Part shown: one piece after another, positions 25,640-37,809 of the stretch | Position numbering within the stretch: position 1 is the stretch's first letter | How the letters are laid out: every line of letters begins with the position of its first letter | Origin: Camelus dromedarius | Taxonomy: Eukaryota | Length of the DNA: 64,000 nt | Assembly (NCBI RefSeq): GCF_036321535.1 | Contig: NC_087437.1 | Span: 11,162,001-11,226,000, forward strand | Direction: 5' to 3' | Program-made: the position numbers and the translations under genes | Notes under the pieces: generated by a model | Seen by the model: only the letters and a program-made list of their open reading frames with translations | Told to the model about the DNA's origin: nothing | The model's database searches: none

Positions 25640-26140
25640 CCTTCCCTCTTCGTCCGGACTCCATCTGCGCCTGCGCCAGGAGGTGGCCGCTCAGTCGGGG
25701 ACTCTCCGCTCCGGCGGAACGTGGTGACGCAGGTGCAGTGCGTGATGCGTCACTTCTGACTGGCGGGGGCCCGGGGGGTTCCCCCCGGGGGGGGGCGGGG
25801 GGGGCAGGGAGCAGACGGAGGCGGCGGGGTCCTCTTGCTGCTCTTGCTCCTGAGCTGCTGGCAGCAGCCGCCTCCCAGGCTCGTTGGGGGCCAGGCCCAG
25901 TTCGGCGGTGTCAGCGTGGCCGTGGGGCTCCCTTGTGAGTGCAGTAACCGTTGCTCCATCCCACATCCCGTTGGAAAAGTGAGGTGTGAGTATTTTCCCT
26001 CAGTTTCCATACTGCCCTCTTGAGAGCTCAAATCCTGCACGGGAAGCCTCAGCTCATGGTTTCCCCGCTCGAAGCTGGTCCTGTGCTCCTTATCCCAGCG
26101 AGTGGTGTAACTGCCCGGCCGTTCTTGGCACCTCTCGTTC
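25640..26140 (+). promoter_or_regulatory. Orphan CpG island with promoter motifs
   Basis: CpG-dense. NRF1-like TGCGCCTGCGCC at 25666-25677, half-CRE TGACGC at 25725-25730, ETS-CRE-like GCGTCACTTCTG at 25747-25758, GC box GGGGCGGGG at ~25792-25800. Confidence 0.75.
25815..25983 (+). pseudogene. Fossil exon 1 (signal peptide)
   Basis: GVLLLLLLLSCWQQPPPRLVGGQAQFGGVSVAVGLPCECSNRCSIPHPVGKV(R), donor AG|GTGTGA (phase 2). No in-frame ATG; ACG at 25815 is a possible decayed start that needs a 1-nt indel. Confidence 0.55.
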
Positions 26141-26322
26141 TCTTTTCCTCAGCATCCAATCCACTAGCAGCTCATGTCCATTTTACCTTTTAAATATGCC
26201 ATTAATCATTCTGCCTCTGTTTTCATTGCTGCCACGGTAGACCAAGTTGTGCATCTCTCTTGTGAAGGCTTTTGCCACCCCCCACCACGTTCTGAATTTC
26301 CCCTGACCACCTACTGCCTTTT

Positions 26323-27149
26323 TTTTTTTTTTTTTTTTTACATTGAACTATAGTTGGTTACAGCGTGTCAACTTCTGGTATACAGCACAATGTCCCAGTC
26401 ATGCATGTGCTTATGATGCAGGAAAACAGATGTGGGGCATGAGGAGGGCTGTGTCCCAGGCTTCAGTTGAGCTCCTGGGATGTGCCCTGCCAAGTGTGGG
26501 TCCTTGGCTTCACGCAGGAGAGAATTCAATAGTGAGCCACAGTTGACTAAAGGTAGATTTATTCAGAGAGATACATTGAAACGCAAGAGAAAGGCCACGA
26601 AGTGTGGGGGGTTGGGTGCTCAGATTAAAAGTAGGTACACACTCCATAGACAGTGTGGGCCATCTAGTAGGAGGAAGAGAGAGAGAGAGGGGTGGCTGCG
26701 GGGCACCATGTTGCTGGTTTTTACGGGCTTGGTGGTTTCATATGCTAATAAGTGGAAGGACCAGTCTAAGGAGGAGGGGCTGGGATCGGCCGTTTCCCAC
26801 TCTTTGACCTTCTGTGGCTAGCCTTGGGACTGCCATGGTGCCTGTGGGCGTGTTATTCACCATGTTAATACATTACAATGGGCGTACAATGAATCTCAAG
26901 ATCTCCGAGAAGTTAAGTCTCTTCATTCTGAGCCTCAAGGCGTACTGGGGGTTGAATCTTTCACCATTTTGATGTTAATTGCAGTGGCCTTCCTTGAATG
27001 GCTGTGGCCTGCCTCTTTCCATCCTACCTCACTTAGATATATTTGTTTTCATATTCTTTTTCATTAAAGGTTATTACAAAATAATGAATATAGTTCCCTG
27101 TGCTATACAGAAGAAATTTGTTTTTTTAATCTATTTTTATATATAGTGA
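26323..27149 (-). mobile_element. Short L1 3' end split by an ERV LTR
   Basis: Poly-T and attgaactatagttggttacagcgtgtc, resuming after 27035; TSD ctactgcctttt at 26311-26322 and 27150-27161. Confidence 0.8.
26414..27031 (-). mobile_element. ERV1-type solo LTR (618 bp)
   Basis: TG...CA termini, perfect 4-bp TSD CTTA (26410-26413 and 27032-27035), minus-strand AATAAA at 26558-26563. Confidence 0.85.
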
Positions 27150-27719
27150 CTACTGCCTTTTAAACAATCCACTTTTCTACCTTGCAGTCAGACTTGATCT
27201 TTTCAAAGCCCACATTTCCTCCTAAACCCATTTCTACTCTTCTGAGTCCTCATAACAGAAAGTAGCACTTTTTGGTAGCTCTTGCCACGGTAGTAATTTT
27301 TATTCACCGGTATGATTCTTTGATTTAATGTCTGTTTTCTCACCTATTAGTTCTATGAGAACAGGAAATGTTTCTTTTTTGATGCTTATCACTAGATCTT
27401 CAATAAGTATTTGTATCCAATTGAAATGTTTTCTGAATGAGTATCCAATTGTCCCTAAAATATATCTTGAATAATTGTTCCTTTCTTTTTTTGTATGTGT
27501 TTAAAAAATTTTTAGCTTTATTTGCTTGTATTTATGTAAGTGTACCTATATATGTATTTTTAAAAATCACTTATTTTTTAATTGAAGTACAGTCAGTTAC
27601 AATGCATCAATTTCTGGTGTACAGCACAATGTCCCAGTTATGCATATACATACATATATTAATTTTTATTTATTTTTTCATTAAAGGTTAGAATAATCAT
27701 TCCTTTTTCTACTGACCCT

Positions 27720-28290
27720 AAGTAATTTTTTCTCATCCAGAGGATATTTATAATCAGTTTGTCAAATGTCATTAAAGAATCATATTAGGATTTTGGATAT
27801 ATTTGCATTGAGAATTTATGGATTGATTTGGAAAGGAAACGATGTCTTTACAAGAATGAGCTTTCACATCCAGGGGTGTGGAAAGTATTTCCCTTTATTC
27901 AGACTAACTTAAATTCTGGAGTAAATTTTTATAGTTTTATTCATGTAAGTCTTGGGCATTTCTTTTCAAGTATATTCTTAGACATTTAATAATTTTTGTT
28001 GCTACAGTGAGTGGAATTCTTTAAAATTACAATTTCTAATTGCTCATTGCTGGTATATAAGACTTTTAAAAATATGTTGTTTATTTAAATTACTGAATTC
28101 TATTATTTTCATAGTTTTTTTAGTTGCTGTGTTTGGGTTTTTCTAGGTTGCTTTCTGGAGTCTTTTCTTCTAGATTTTCTATCATTGCTTCTTTATTTCC
28201 ACTGTGTATGCATTTTGTATTATTTCTTGTCTTATTAAGTTGGCTACCATCTCCATCCACACAATGTTTAAAAACAGTGGGGGTGAAGGA
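27720..28290 (-). mobile_element. Old L1 ORF2 fragment
   Basis: ggattttggatatatttgcattga...tatattcttagacattt...tttttgttgcta...attgctggtatataag. Confidence 0.6.
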
Positions 28291-28427
28291 GCCAACTATA
28301 GCATGGTAGATATTTCTTGATGTAGTGAAGCTTATAGCATATATATTGTCCCCTCCTCTTCACCTCTTTCCTGTTTTCAATTTCTTCTCTGGTGTCTCTT
28401 CCTTTTCACTGTCTTATTAGTGTGAAT

Positions 28428-28516
28428 TCATCCTAGTTTGCCAGGGATTTCCCCAGTTTTAGCACTAAAAGTTCCATAATCTGGGAAATCCCTCAATCCC
28501 AGGCAAACTGGGACAT
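28428..28516. mobile_element. MER81-like hAT-Blackjack MITE
   Basis: Inverted ends tcctagtttgcc / ggcaaactggga around ttttagcactaaaag. Confidence 0.6.
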
Positions 28517-29221
28517 TTAATCTTCTTTGTTCTTAGCTTGTGTAATTTCTAAGGCTTAGCCTGAGGCAAAGACTTGATGCAGGTAGTTCATTTGGCAGGT
28601 ACTGCCAAGGAACAGAGGTGAGGGGCAGAGGTGAGCAAGGGAAGAAGGAAAAGGTGCATTAATGAGGTCAACAGTGAGAGCCACTGGGACATGGTGCTGC
28701 CTAGAGCATTCTGACCAGTTTCAAATATCTCTCAGAATGATCTACCAAGGGATGAATGGAAGACTATTTACCCATCAGCTTCTCTCCCCCATCAGTTGAG
28801 CCTTGTGTGGGGTTGATAACTGCCCTGTGTGAGTGCTTGATGATGCCTCTGGGGTTTGGAATGTTGGAGCCCCAGAGCTTTCTTGAGGCCAGACACCCTC
28901 TGTGTGAAATGGGTAAAATCCCACAAGGATCTGAAATGAAGGTGAGGCTGAGCAGTGTGAGCTGGGCCCTGGGGGGTGCCTGGTACGTACACTAACCTCT
29001 GGCTTTGTCTTGAATCTGGCCTTTTACAATTCTGTCTCTGGTGTCAGTTCTCCTTGTGTATGCACATGTATGGGCTAGTCCCTGCGATTCCTTCTGAAAG
29101 TGGAGCGCAGAAATAGACGCTAACTTGCCCACTCCAGCCTGTCGTCTTCCTGTGAATCAAAGTGTGATTTAGATAGATTTCTCACTGGCTGATACATTGC
29201 TTCTTTTCCTCTTCTTTGCAG

Positions 29222-29282
29222 GGTGGAAGTAAATGTGTACAAGTACATGCAGAGCCAGAGAGCAAACTTTGGCCCTGAGAAG
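29222..29282 (+). pseudogene. Fossil exon 2
   Basis: Strong acceptor ttgcttcttttcctcttctttgcag; (R)VEVNVYKYMQSQRANFGPEK; donor AAG|GCAAG (GC type); phase 2 to 0. Confidence 0.6.
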
Positions 29283-29724
29283 GCAAGCTAAATAATTGTG
29301 AGAAATGAGACGTATGGATTCAAGTGCAATAGACCGTGTCATTAATGACTTTGAACCTGAAGGAGCCACGTGAATACAAGTCTGTGCCAGCACAGCCATT
29401 AATCTGAGGCTGGGCTTGTTTTAAAGGGAAGGTGGCAATGTTGCAACCAGTCCAGAAGACAAGCTGTTTATAATTGGGTTGCCTTGATGCTACCTTCCAG
29501 GCTCTTTTGGGTTGAACTGGGGTAGTGGTGCCTTTTTTCCTTATAAAGAACTCGTTCTTTTTCTGTTCATTATTAAAAATTAAAATTACTTTATTACCAA
29601 AGTTAAGGAAATCAAATAGGACCAAAGGCTTAAATAACGATTCCCTGTCTTATCCAACGCCCTGATGCTGTGTTCATGTTCCTATATCCTGTCTTGATTT
29701 GTTTGTCTCTTATAAAAAAAATTA

Positions 29725-29849
29725 TTTATTTTTATTTTTTTTGGTGGGGGAGGTAATTAGGTTTATTTATTTAACAATGGTACTGAGGATTGAACCCAGG
29801 ACCTCGTACATGTTAAGCACATGCTCTACCATTGAGCTATACCCTTCCC
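29725..29849 (-). mobile_element. tRNA-derived SINE (Vic-1 type)
   Basis: gggaggtaattaggtttatt...ggattgaacccaggacctcg...tgctctaccattgagctataccc; flanking tttgtctctt duplicated. Confidence 0.85.
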
Positions 29850-32839
29850 TGCTCCATTTGTCTCTTGATTAATCAGTTTTAGTCATTACCTTATTGATTT
29901 ACTGATTTCCTTTTAGGGTGGATGAGCATTTAGCTCTGGGAGCTGATGAGTCCTATCCCATCCCATCTTTCCTCTGTTTCCCTCTTCTGACAGTCTAGAC
30001 AACATTTCTGGTTCCAGTAACATCAGTGTTTACGTGACTATGCCTATGTAAATATTGTTTACCTGTACATGTTGTTTACTGCTAAACCAAGTACTGCGCC
30101 AAGAGTACAGTTCCTTTCTTTTTAGTTCTTCCAGCTTTGTTAATTGCATCCATGTATCTTGCTGAGTTTTCTTTGTACCTCTTGCTGATGGGCCTCACAA
30201 CCTTCAGCAGACAGCGCACTTAATCCCAGACCTCCCTCCTGGAGGCCACCACCTTCCCGCTCAAGCCTGGACTCTGTCCTCCTTGGACTTCCTTTTGTCC
30301 TACCAGTTTCCCTCCTCTCTTCTCTGCTGGGTCCTGTTTCCTGGATTCTGTGGCTTCCTCTGCCTTGATTTTCCTCCATGTCTCTCTGGAAGCTTTTATC
30401 ATCTCGTCCTCATTCCTGGTGTTCTGAAATTCCACAGTGATGTATTATGGGGGTATCTTTTGTCATTTATTGGGCTGGGTTATAAATAGCTGTTTTCTGT
30501 CAAAAGATTCACATGCTCCAGTTCTATAAGTTTTCTTTTACTTATTTTTATATTTCTTTCTCTCATTTTTTTCCCCTTGTCTTTATTTCCAGAATTCTAC
30601 ATATTTGGATAGAGAACCTCACAGATTCAGCCTCTGATTCATTTACTCCTTTCTTTCCTTTTTGCTTATTTTATTTCCTCTCCTTGGCTTATTTATCACC
30701 CGGGCGAGCTCCCTAGTTGACTTTTCTAACCCTCCCATCACATTTTCAGTTTCGACTGTCATAGTTTGAGTTTCCAAGGGCTCTTTCTCTTTCCTGTTCT
30801 TTGTTCCTTTCTAAAAATAGCAGCCTACTTTTGGTTTATGGACGTGACAGTGCCTCTGCTGACTCTGTGTGTATCATTTTTAAGTTTCCTTTTCTACAAG
30901 TTGCTTTTTCAATGTCCTGCAGAGCTCAGTTTCTTCCAGTTTCTTTTTCTATGTCTTTGCTGTGTTCTCTGTGTTCAAGGCGTCCTTTAAATGTTAGGTA
31001 CTGCTGAGCCAAGGATCTGTTAGAAAGAAGGGTGAGGCACTGAACACTGGCAGGGGGGCCTGTGTGCTGGGGCAGGCTTGTTCCCTGCTGGCACCCGCTG
31101 TAGGGTGACTGGGGGTGAGCTGGCTTTTCCACTGGGACATGTTGAGACATGTCTCTGGAGCTGTTCGGTTTCTCCTGAGAAGGCTCTTTCTACCCTTGTG
31201 TTGCAAGCTTTTGTCCTTGGCTTTGAGGGTTCTGGAAGTTGGTGTGGGAACGGGTGCTTGGGAGGAGCTCTCATCAGTCAGGTTGCAGAATTTCACCACA
31301 TCCTCCACGGCTACCCCAGCACCTCCCCCCACCTCCCCCTGTTCCTGGTCTTCCAGAGTCTCATCCTCTCTGGGGCATTTCTCCAGAGGGTAGAACATTC
31401 TTCCCCTGCAGGGGTCAGGGAGGGGGAAGATCCTGAGATCTAACTGTGCCCTATGTAGCCTTTCAATCAAAACTTGTCTTTCAGTCTGTTATGTCCCCTG
31501 TGATGCACCACCCAGATGCCCTTCAGGGAAGGAACTGTTGCCCCAGGTGCTGTTGGCAGGCAGCCTGCAGCCTTCGTCCCCTTCATGGATTGCCTCAGCT
31601 TAAGGTCATGCCCTTCCCTGGTGGCCCACATCCAGTGATGGATGGAGGTGAGACATGAGGGCTGGCCATGTTAGCTGCACGTGGGATGGCTCTGAGGGGC
31701 TGGCTTGGCCCCAGAGCTCACTGTGGAGTTGACGAGGCCGCTGTTGGGTCTGCCTCTTGGGCTCAACATTCCCCTCTGCATGATCCCTTCTGCTGCTGTC
31801 GATCCCAGAGATGCTCTAAACTCCACCCTGGACTCTGTGTTCTGCAGAGGCAAACTGGTGACCAAAGCCTATGCTCCTCCGTGTCCTCCTCCCTGACCCT
31901 CTGCTGCAGCTCTGGGCACCTCCGGCAGCTGGGCAGCAAGTCCTTCCTTGAGGGGCACAGGGGAGGCACATCATTGGTCCATGCAGCTGCATCTGGTTCT
32001 CTCTACCCAGGTTACAGTATTGGCCTGGGGGCAGTTTACCTAAAGGTCTTTGTTGCAGTGATGGGGCAGGGAGTGGCCTATTCCACGGGAGGAATGGAAC
32101 AAGCTTTGGAAATCAAAGAGCCAGGTTTGAATAATCCCCGACGGGCCACTTAAAAACTCTGATTTTGTACAAGTTACTGCACCTTTCTGGGTTTCATTTT
32201 CTCACATGTGAAACGTAAAAAATGATGCCTGTCTCTTAGATCTGTTGTGCCGTTAGAGTCAGTGATTCATGAAAGGGTCCTAGAACAGCACCTGGCACAT
32301 GATGAAAGGCTCTTTTCCTACCTGGATGGCCTTCTACCAGTCCGTGATTCCAGAATCTTCCTGAGAAAGTATGAGGACTAAAAGCATGGTGAGGTATCTG
32401 GCTCAAAGCAGGGCTCATCTTGTGAAAAATGCTTTTGTGTCAGTTTATAGGAAAGTTTCTGGCAGTGTGTCATAGATCTCTGTCCTTGTCCTTAGAATGT
32501 TTTTATTTGTTAGTTTTAATTTTAAAAAGGTTTTTTTCTTACTTACACAAGCTATAGAAGAATATATTCTCTAAGTAATATATTCCATCAGATAAAGCGA
32601 AAATTACTCTTGACCATTGCCCTGGAGGTGATGGCTGTTACTGGTTTAGTGTCTCTATCTGTCTGTCTGTCTGTCTATCTGTCTATCCACTGTTGATCAT
32701 AACCTAAAATTTCTTTACTTAAGGACATGTTCCACTGGTGGTACAGAAGATAAATTTTAGGTGGTATATCAACCCAACATAAAATAACTTTGAATCAGAG
32801 GGCGAGAAAGTTATTCCCTTTTTTCAACTCCCCCTTCTT

Positions 32840-35800
32840 TTTTTTGGGGGGGGGTAGGAACATTTAAGTTCTACTCTCAGTAATTTTCAGTTATTCAATA
32901 CAGTTATCAACTGTAGCCACCATTTTCCATGTTAGATTTGCAGACCTTATTCATCTTATACCTGAAAGTTTGTATCCTTTTACCAACCTCTCCCTATTTA
33001 CTCCATCCCCCAGCCCCTGGCAACCTTTTTTAAAATTCCACATACTAGCGAGACCATGCAGTATTTGTCTTTCTCTGTCTTGCTTAATGCCCTCAAGCTC
33101 CACCCATATTGTAAAAAATGGCAGGATTTCCTTCTTTCTTATGGCTGAGTAGTATTCCATTATATATGGTGTGTCTTTTATAGCACTTTTAAAATGCGTT
33201 TACATAATATATGGACGTATAGAAATGTATAGCTTTTGCTTTTACGAATACGGTATCGCACTTTATATACATTCTGAAAATTGCTTTATACTCTTAACTC
33301 AACCTCATATTAAAAAAAAAACCTCCCTCCCTCCCTCTCTCCCTACCTTCTTTCACTACAGAACTATTGCCCCCATTGCTTCCATTAGAGGAGGCAACAG
33401 GGGAGTAACATCCAGTGTTTCCTCCATCACAAACAGTGCTCTGAGGATGGCCCTCATCCCCGCTGTCTCATGGACCCAGGCTACCGCTCCTCTGCTGTAG
33501 GTACTGAGCCATGGAATTGCTGGACCAGAAGATGAGCGCAGCTCACATGTCAGTGCATTTTGCAAAACGGCCTCACCAAAAGCCTGTAATTTCTTTAGAG
33601 TGGTGAGTTTTGCCTCATCTTCTCTGACATTTGATATGATAAAACTTTTCAAATTTTACTAATCAAATGGGCCTCAAATGGTTTTCCATTGTTATTTAAT
33701 TTGCATTTTACCGATTACTAGTAATTCAGTGCCTTTTCGTGTGTTTATTGCTTATATGTTTTTCTGCTTCTATGAATTGTTTATTCATTTATCGTTTTCC
33801 TGTTAGGTTGTTTGTGTTGTTTATCTATAGAATATTCTTGATATTGCTCCTTTGTTAGAAACATTGCAGTTTCTATAATCTGTCTCTTTTTAACCTCAAT
33901 TATGATGTTTTTGTGGTATAGAAATTTAGAATTTGTTGTCAAATTTATGAATATTTACTTTTCATATTTTATATTATTATTGAGGTATAATTGACACATG
34001 ACATTATATGAGTTTCAGGTGTGCAACCTAGTGATTCAATATTTGGATATATGGTCAAATGATCACAGTAGTTCTGGCTAACATCTGTTGTCATATCTTG
34101 TTTCAACATTTTTTTTTCTTGTGACGAAGACTTTTAAGATCTACTCTCAGCAATTTTCAAATACATGATATCATATTATTAACTGTAGTCACCATGCTGT
34201 ACATGTCACCCCTGTGACTTATTTATTTTATAACTGGAAGTTTGTACCTTTTTACCCTCTTCACTCATTTCACCCACCCCGTAACCCCCTCACCTCTGCT
34301 CTGGCAACCACCGATCTGTTCTCCGGATCAGTGAGCTTGTTTTTATGTGTTATTTTTCTTGTGTTTGTTTTGTTTTTAAAATTCTACATATAAGTGAGGT
34401 CATAGGATATTTGGCTTTCTCTGTCTGACTTATTTCACTTAGCATTCCAGATTTAATTTACCTAAAAATCTTGTTTAAAAGAGACTTTTTGAAATCAAGG
34501 TTGTAAACACACTCTAGATTTTTCTTTTTCATTTTTTTAAACTTTAAATCTTCAATCCACTTGGAATATATTTTTGTGAATGGCAGGAAATCCAATCTTT
34601 TTTTTTTCCAAATTGATAGTCATTTGTTCTCAGAATTATATATTGCATATTCAGCTTTTTGCTACTAATTTTATATACCACATTTAAAAAATCATATACT
34701 AAATCCCTGTTACACATGTAGGTATCTTTAGGGTTTTTCTCTTTTTATACCATTGATCTGTTTGTCTATTTCTGCTCCAATTCCCCATTTTAAAAAATTT
34801 ACCAAAAGTTTTATAATATATATTTGACAGTTAGTGTGGCAGATCCTCTTTTGGTGGTCTTTTTCAAAATTGTGTATTCTCGGACATTTTCTTACAGATT
34901 TTAGAATCATTGTGTCTTTTGTGAACATCTTTTGGGTGTTTTCATTTAGATTTCTTTGACTTTGTAAGTTATTTTGGGGAGCTATATGAGGACTGCTTTC
35001 ATACAATAAATTCAGTAAATTTTATAGGTTTCTTTATATAGATATTATATATTTCTTGTTTATTTACAGTGATGATAGTTTTCATTGCTGTTGTAAATGC
35101 GGTGTTTCTCTTTTTCTCCGCCTATGGATTATTACTGATCTGTAGTAGTGCTATGGATTTTTGTATCTTGTATCCAGCTACCTTGTTGCAACTTCGTCAG
35201 TTAGTTCTGGTTTTTTTCATGTTACACAGTTATACTACCACAGAGCTTTTCTTCTTTTACTTTTCTTATTGAATTGGCCGAATCTTCTAGTATAGTCTTT
35301 AAATAGAGCAGTGATATTAGACGTTGACCTGATCCGAGTGGGAAGGCTTCGATTTTCACCATTAAGTATAATCTTTGCTTTGGTGTTTGATATTTCTTTC
35401 TGTTCTAAATTGCTGAGTCTGTCTGTCTGTCTTTCTTTCTTTTAAGAAATAGGTATTAATTTTTATCTCCTACTTTCCTGTCATCTATTGAAATGTTTAT
35501 ATGTGTTTCCTTCTTTGAATTGTTAATGTAATTCAGTGTATAATAGATTTAAAAAATGTGATTTAACATTGAATTTGTGGAATCAGTCATATTTTTTTCA
35601 TTATTTAAATATTCTGATATGTATACATTCTGCATGTATGTTCATACGTGAGATTGGCCTATGTTTTCTTTCCTTGTATATTCTTTTACTGGTTTTGATA
35701 TCAGTGTTATGCTAGCTTCATAATATTCGTTAAAAATTTTTCATCTTCATCTGTGGTTCGGACTAGTATAACATAGAAATTATAACCCTCAAGGTTTGAC

Positions 35801-35900
35801 AGAACCCACCTATAAAATCATACAGACCTGACGCAATTTCAGGGCAGACATTTGGTTTTCTTTTGGTTGGTGTTCTATTTAGGTTTATACTTTCTATTTT
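32840..35900 (-). mobile_element. Cluster of nested L1 fragments
   Basis: L1 3' UTRs at ~32850-33170 and ~33970-34445 inside older ORF2 remnants (MEYYSAIRKKEILPF; IDKQINGI). Confidence 0.75.
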
Positions 35901-36294
35901 ATTTCTTCTTTTACTCAGGCATTTTGTAAGAGTTTTCATATTTATGTGGATCGATTTTTTAACTGGAGGAGGAGGAAGGGACTACCTATTTTTTTGTTTT
36001 GTGAATTTTAAATGGTGTTATGATAAGATCTGCATGATTGTTGCTTTTTGGAGTTTTTGAGGTTTTCTTTGTAGCCTGATAGGTAGTTTTTGTAAATGTG
36101 CCACATGTGTTTGCACACAAATTGTTGATTACAGAAATCTCTTTTTTGCATTTTTAGTTCAATTCTGATGGTTTTGGTACTTAAATCTGGCATATTGTTA
36201 ATTATGTTTTATTTACTTTATTTGTAGATTTCTCAGTTTGGGTATGTAAAAGACTTCTGTTGAATTATGTTTTCCTTGTTCCCCTTCCCCCTAA

Positions 36295-36414
36295 TATCTT
36301 GGAAGTTACATGTATGACCTCCGTTTTTCTGGAGGTTATCCTTACGTTGAAAACAATCAATTTAATTTTTTTAGAGGTAAACCCCAGATGGTCCAGAACT
36401 ATCTTTAGAGCCAG
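36295..36414 (+). pseudogene. Fossil exon 3
   Basis: Pyrimidine tract ending ctaa (AG to AA inferred); 120 nt; YLGSYMYDLRFSGGYPYVENNQFNFFRGKPQMVQNYL*SQ; donor CAG|GTACC; phase 0-0. Confidence 0.5.
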
Positions 36415-37809
36415 GTACCCTGACTCTGTCCACTCTGGATAATTGCAACAGGAATAATTTAATTCCGCAAACATTTAGCAAGCACCTGCTGTGTGCTAGA
36501 CCCTGAGCCAACCCTTGTGGATGTGGAAGATGAGTGAGCTAGTTCTTGCTCCCATGGGGTTTAGAGTCTAGGGGGGAGGCTGACAAGTAAACACATTATA
36601 TCATCACATGGGAGGTGATAACAGAGGTACGTGCAGAGTAACGGCGGTGTGGAAGGGTGGACATTGCAGTGGTGCCCCCAGTGGACCACACCTCCCGTTC
36701 TGTGTGGTCTCCTCCCCTTGACTCTGGGCTCAATAACTAACCTGTGATTCGTTTCTTACCAGTAGAATACAGCAGAAATAGCACTGTGACTTCCATTTCA
36801 TATTTTTGATCTCTCAGAAAATTTGGGCTGCGTTCTGAGAGAATTTCTTGATTTATTCACTGCTCCTCAGCTGTATCCATTGTGCTGTTTACTTTTATGT
36901 TTTTCCAAGAGCTCTGCTTGGTTCTTCCCTCAGTGCTTCTTTTAGTGTTTCTGTTTGTTCCATTAACTTTGTTTCCTTACGTGTTACTTCTGTTTGTGGG
37001 ATTTAGTACCTCTTTTTCCAGATGCTCGCTTCCTATGTGTATTAGAATATTATTCCTTCTGTACTCATCTGAGTATTTGTGATTTCCTTTTTTATATGTC
37101 ACATTGCCTTTAACCGAGAGGTAAGATGGGGTGCTGCTGCGATGCTAGTGCCCAGTGGTGAGCAGCCACGTCACTTCCGGGTCTCTCCAGCTACCCCAGG
37201 CACTGTGTGGCCTCTTCCATCCAAGCATCCATCCCTCTGTCGCACTCTGCTTGGCACAGGTAGTGTGTGGTGAACCACCTGGCTGCCTTATCTCTTCACC
37301 TCACCAGGCATGTGCTCAGTCGCCCCCTCCAACTCCCAACTTTCTCACTTTTTTTTGGCCACCTCCGAGCATGAGCCAGCCTCTCCTGGGGCTGCTCCCA
37401 CCTTGATAGAAGCCCCTTCTCATGCATGAATTGTGCTGGAGTTTCCTTCTTTGATCTGACTGCATCTGCCTTCTGCCTTTGTTCCTGAGATGTTCATCTT
37501 TAAGAAAAATGACTTGGGAAAAAAATATAACCCGGAATTGAGAGCTGGCATGACAGAGAGGAAATTTTGATTGTTAATTTCAGCCCAGAATTCAGACCTG
37601 TTAAGATCATTTTGAAACTTGAGTGTAATAGAAATAAATGTAGTCCTTGGAATTTAGCTTCAAAAGAGCAATTACACCAGCATAGAATGAAGAAAACCCT
37701 GTTTGGTAGTAATTCATGAAAAAAAAAATCTAGAGCCCTTAGTTTATTATATGAAGTGAAAGAAGTGATAAAGGCCTGTGAGTGTGATTACTAAAAAAAG
37801 GCGATGCAG

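Noticed and set aside
31705..32045. Extra fossil exons (ELTVELTRPLLG... and VTVLAWGQFT*)
   Set aside because: Weak splice sites, poor phase fit and adjacent to probable old L1 sequence; not excluded, but unsupported.
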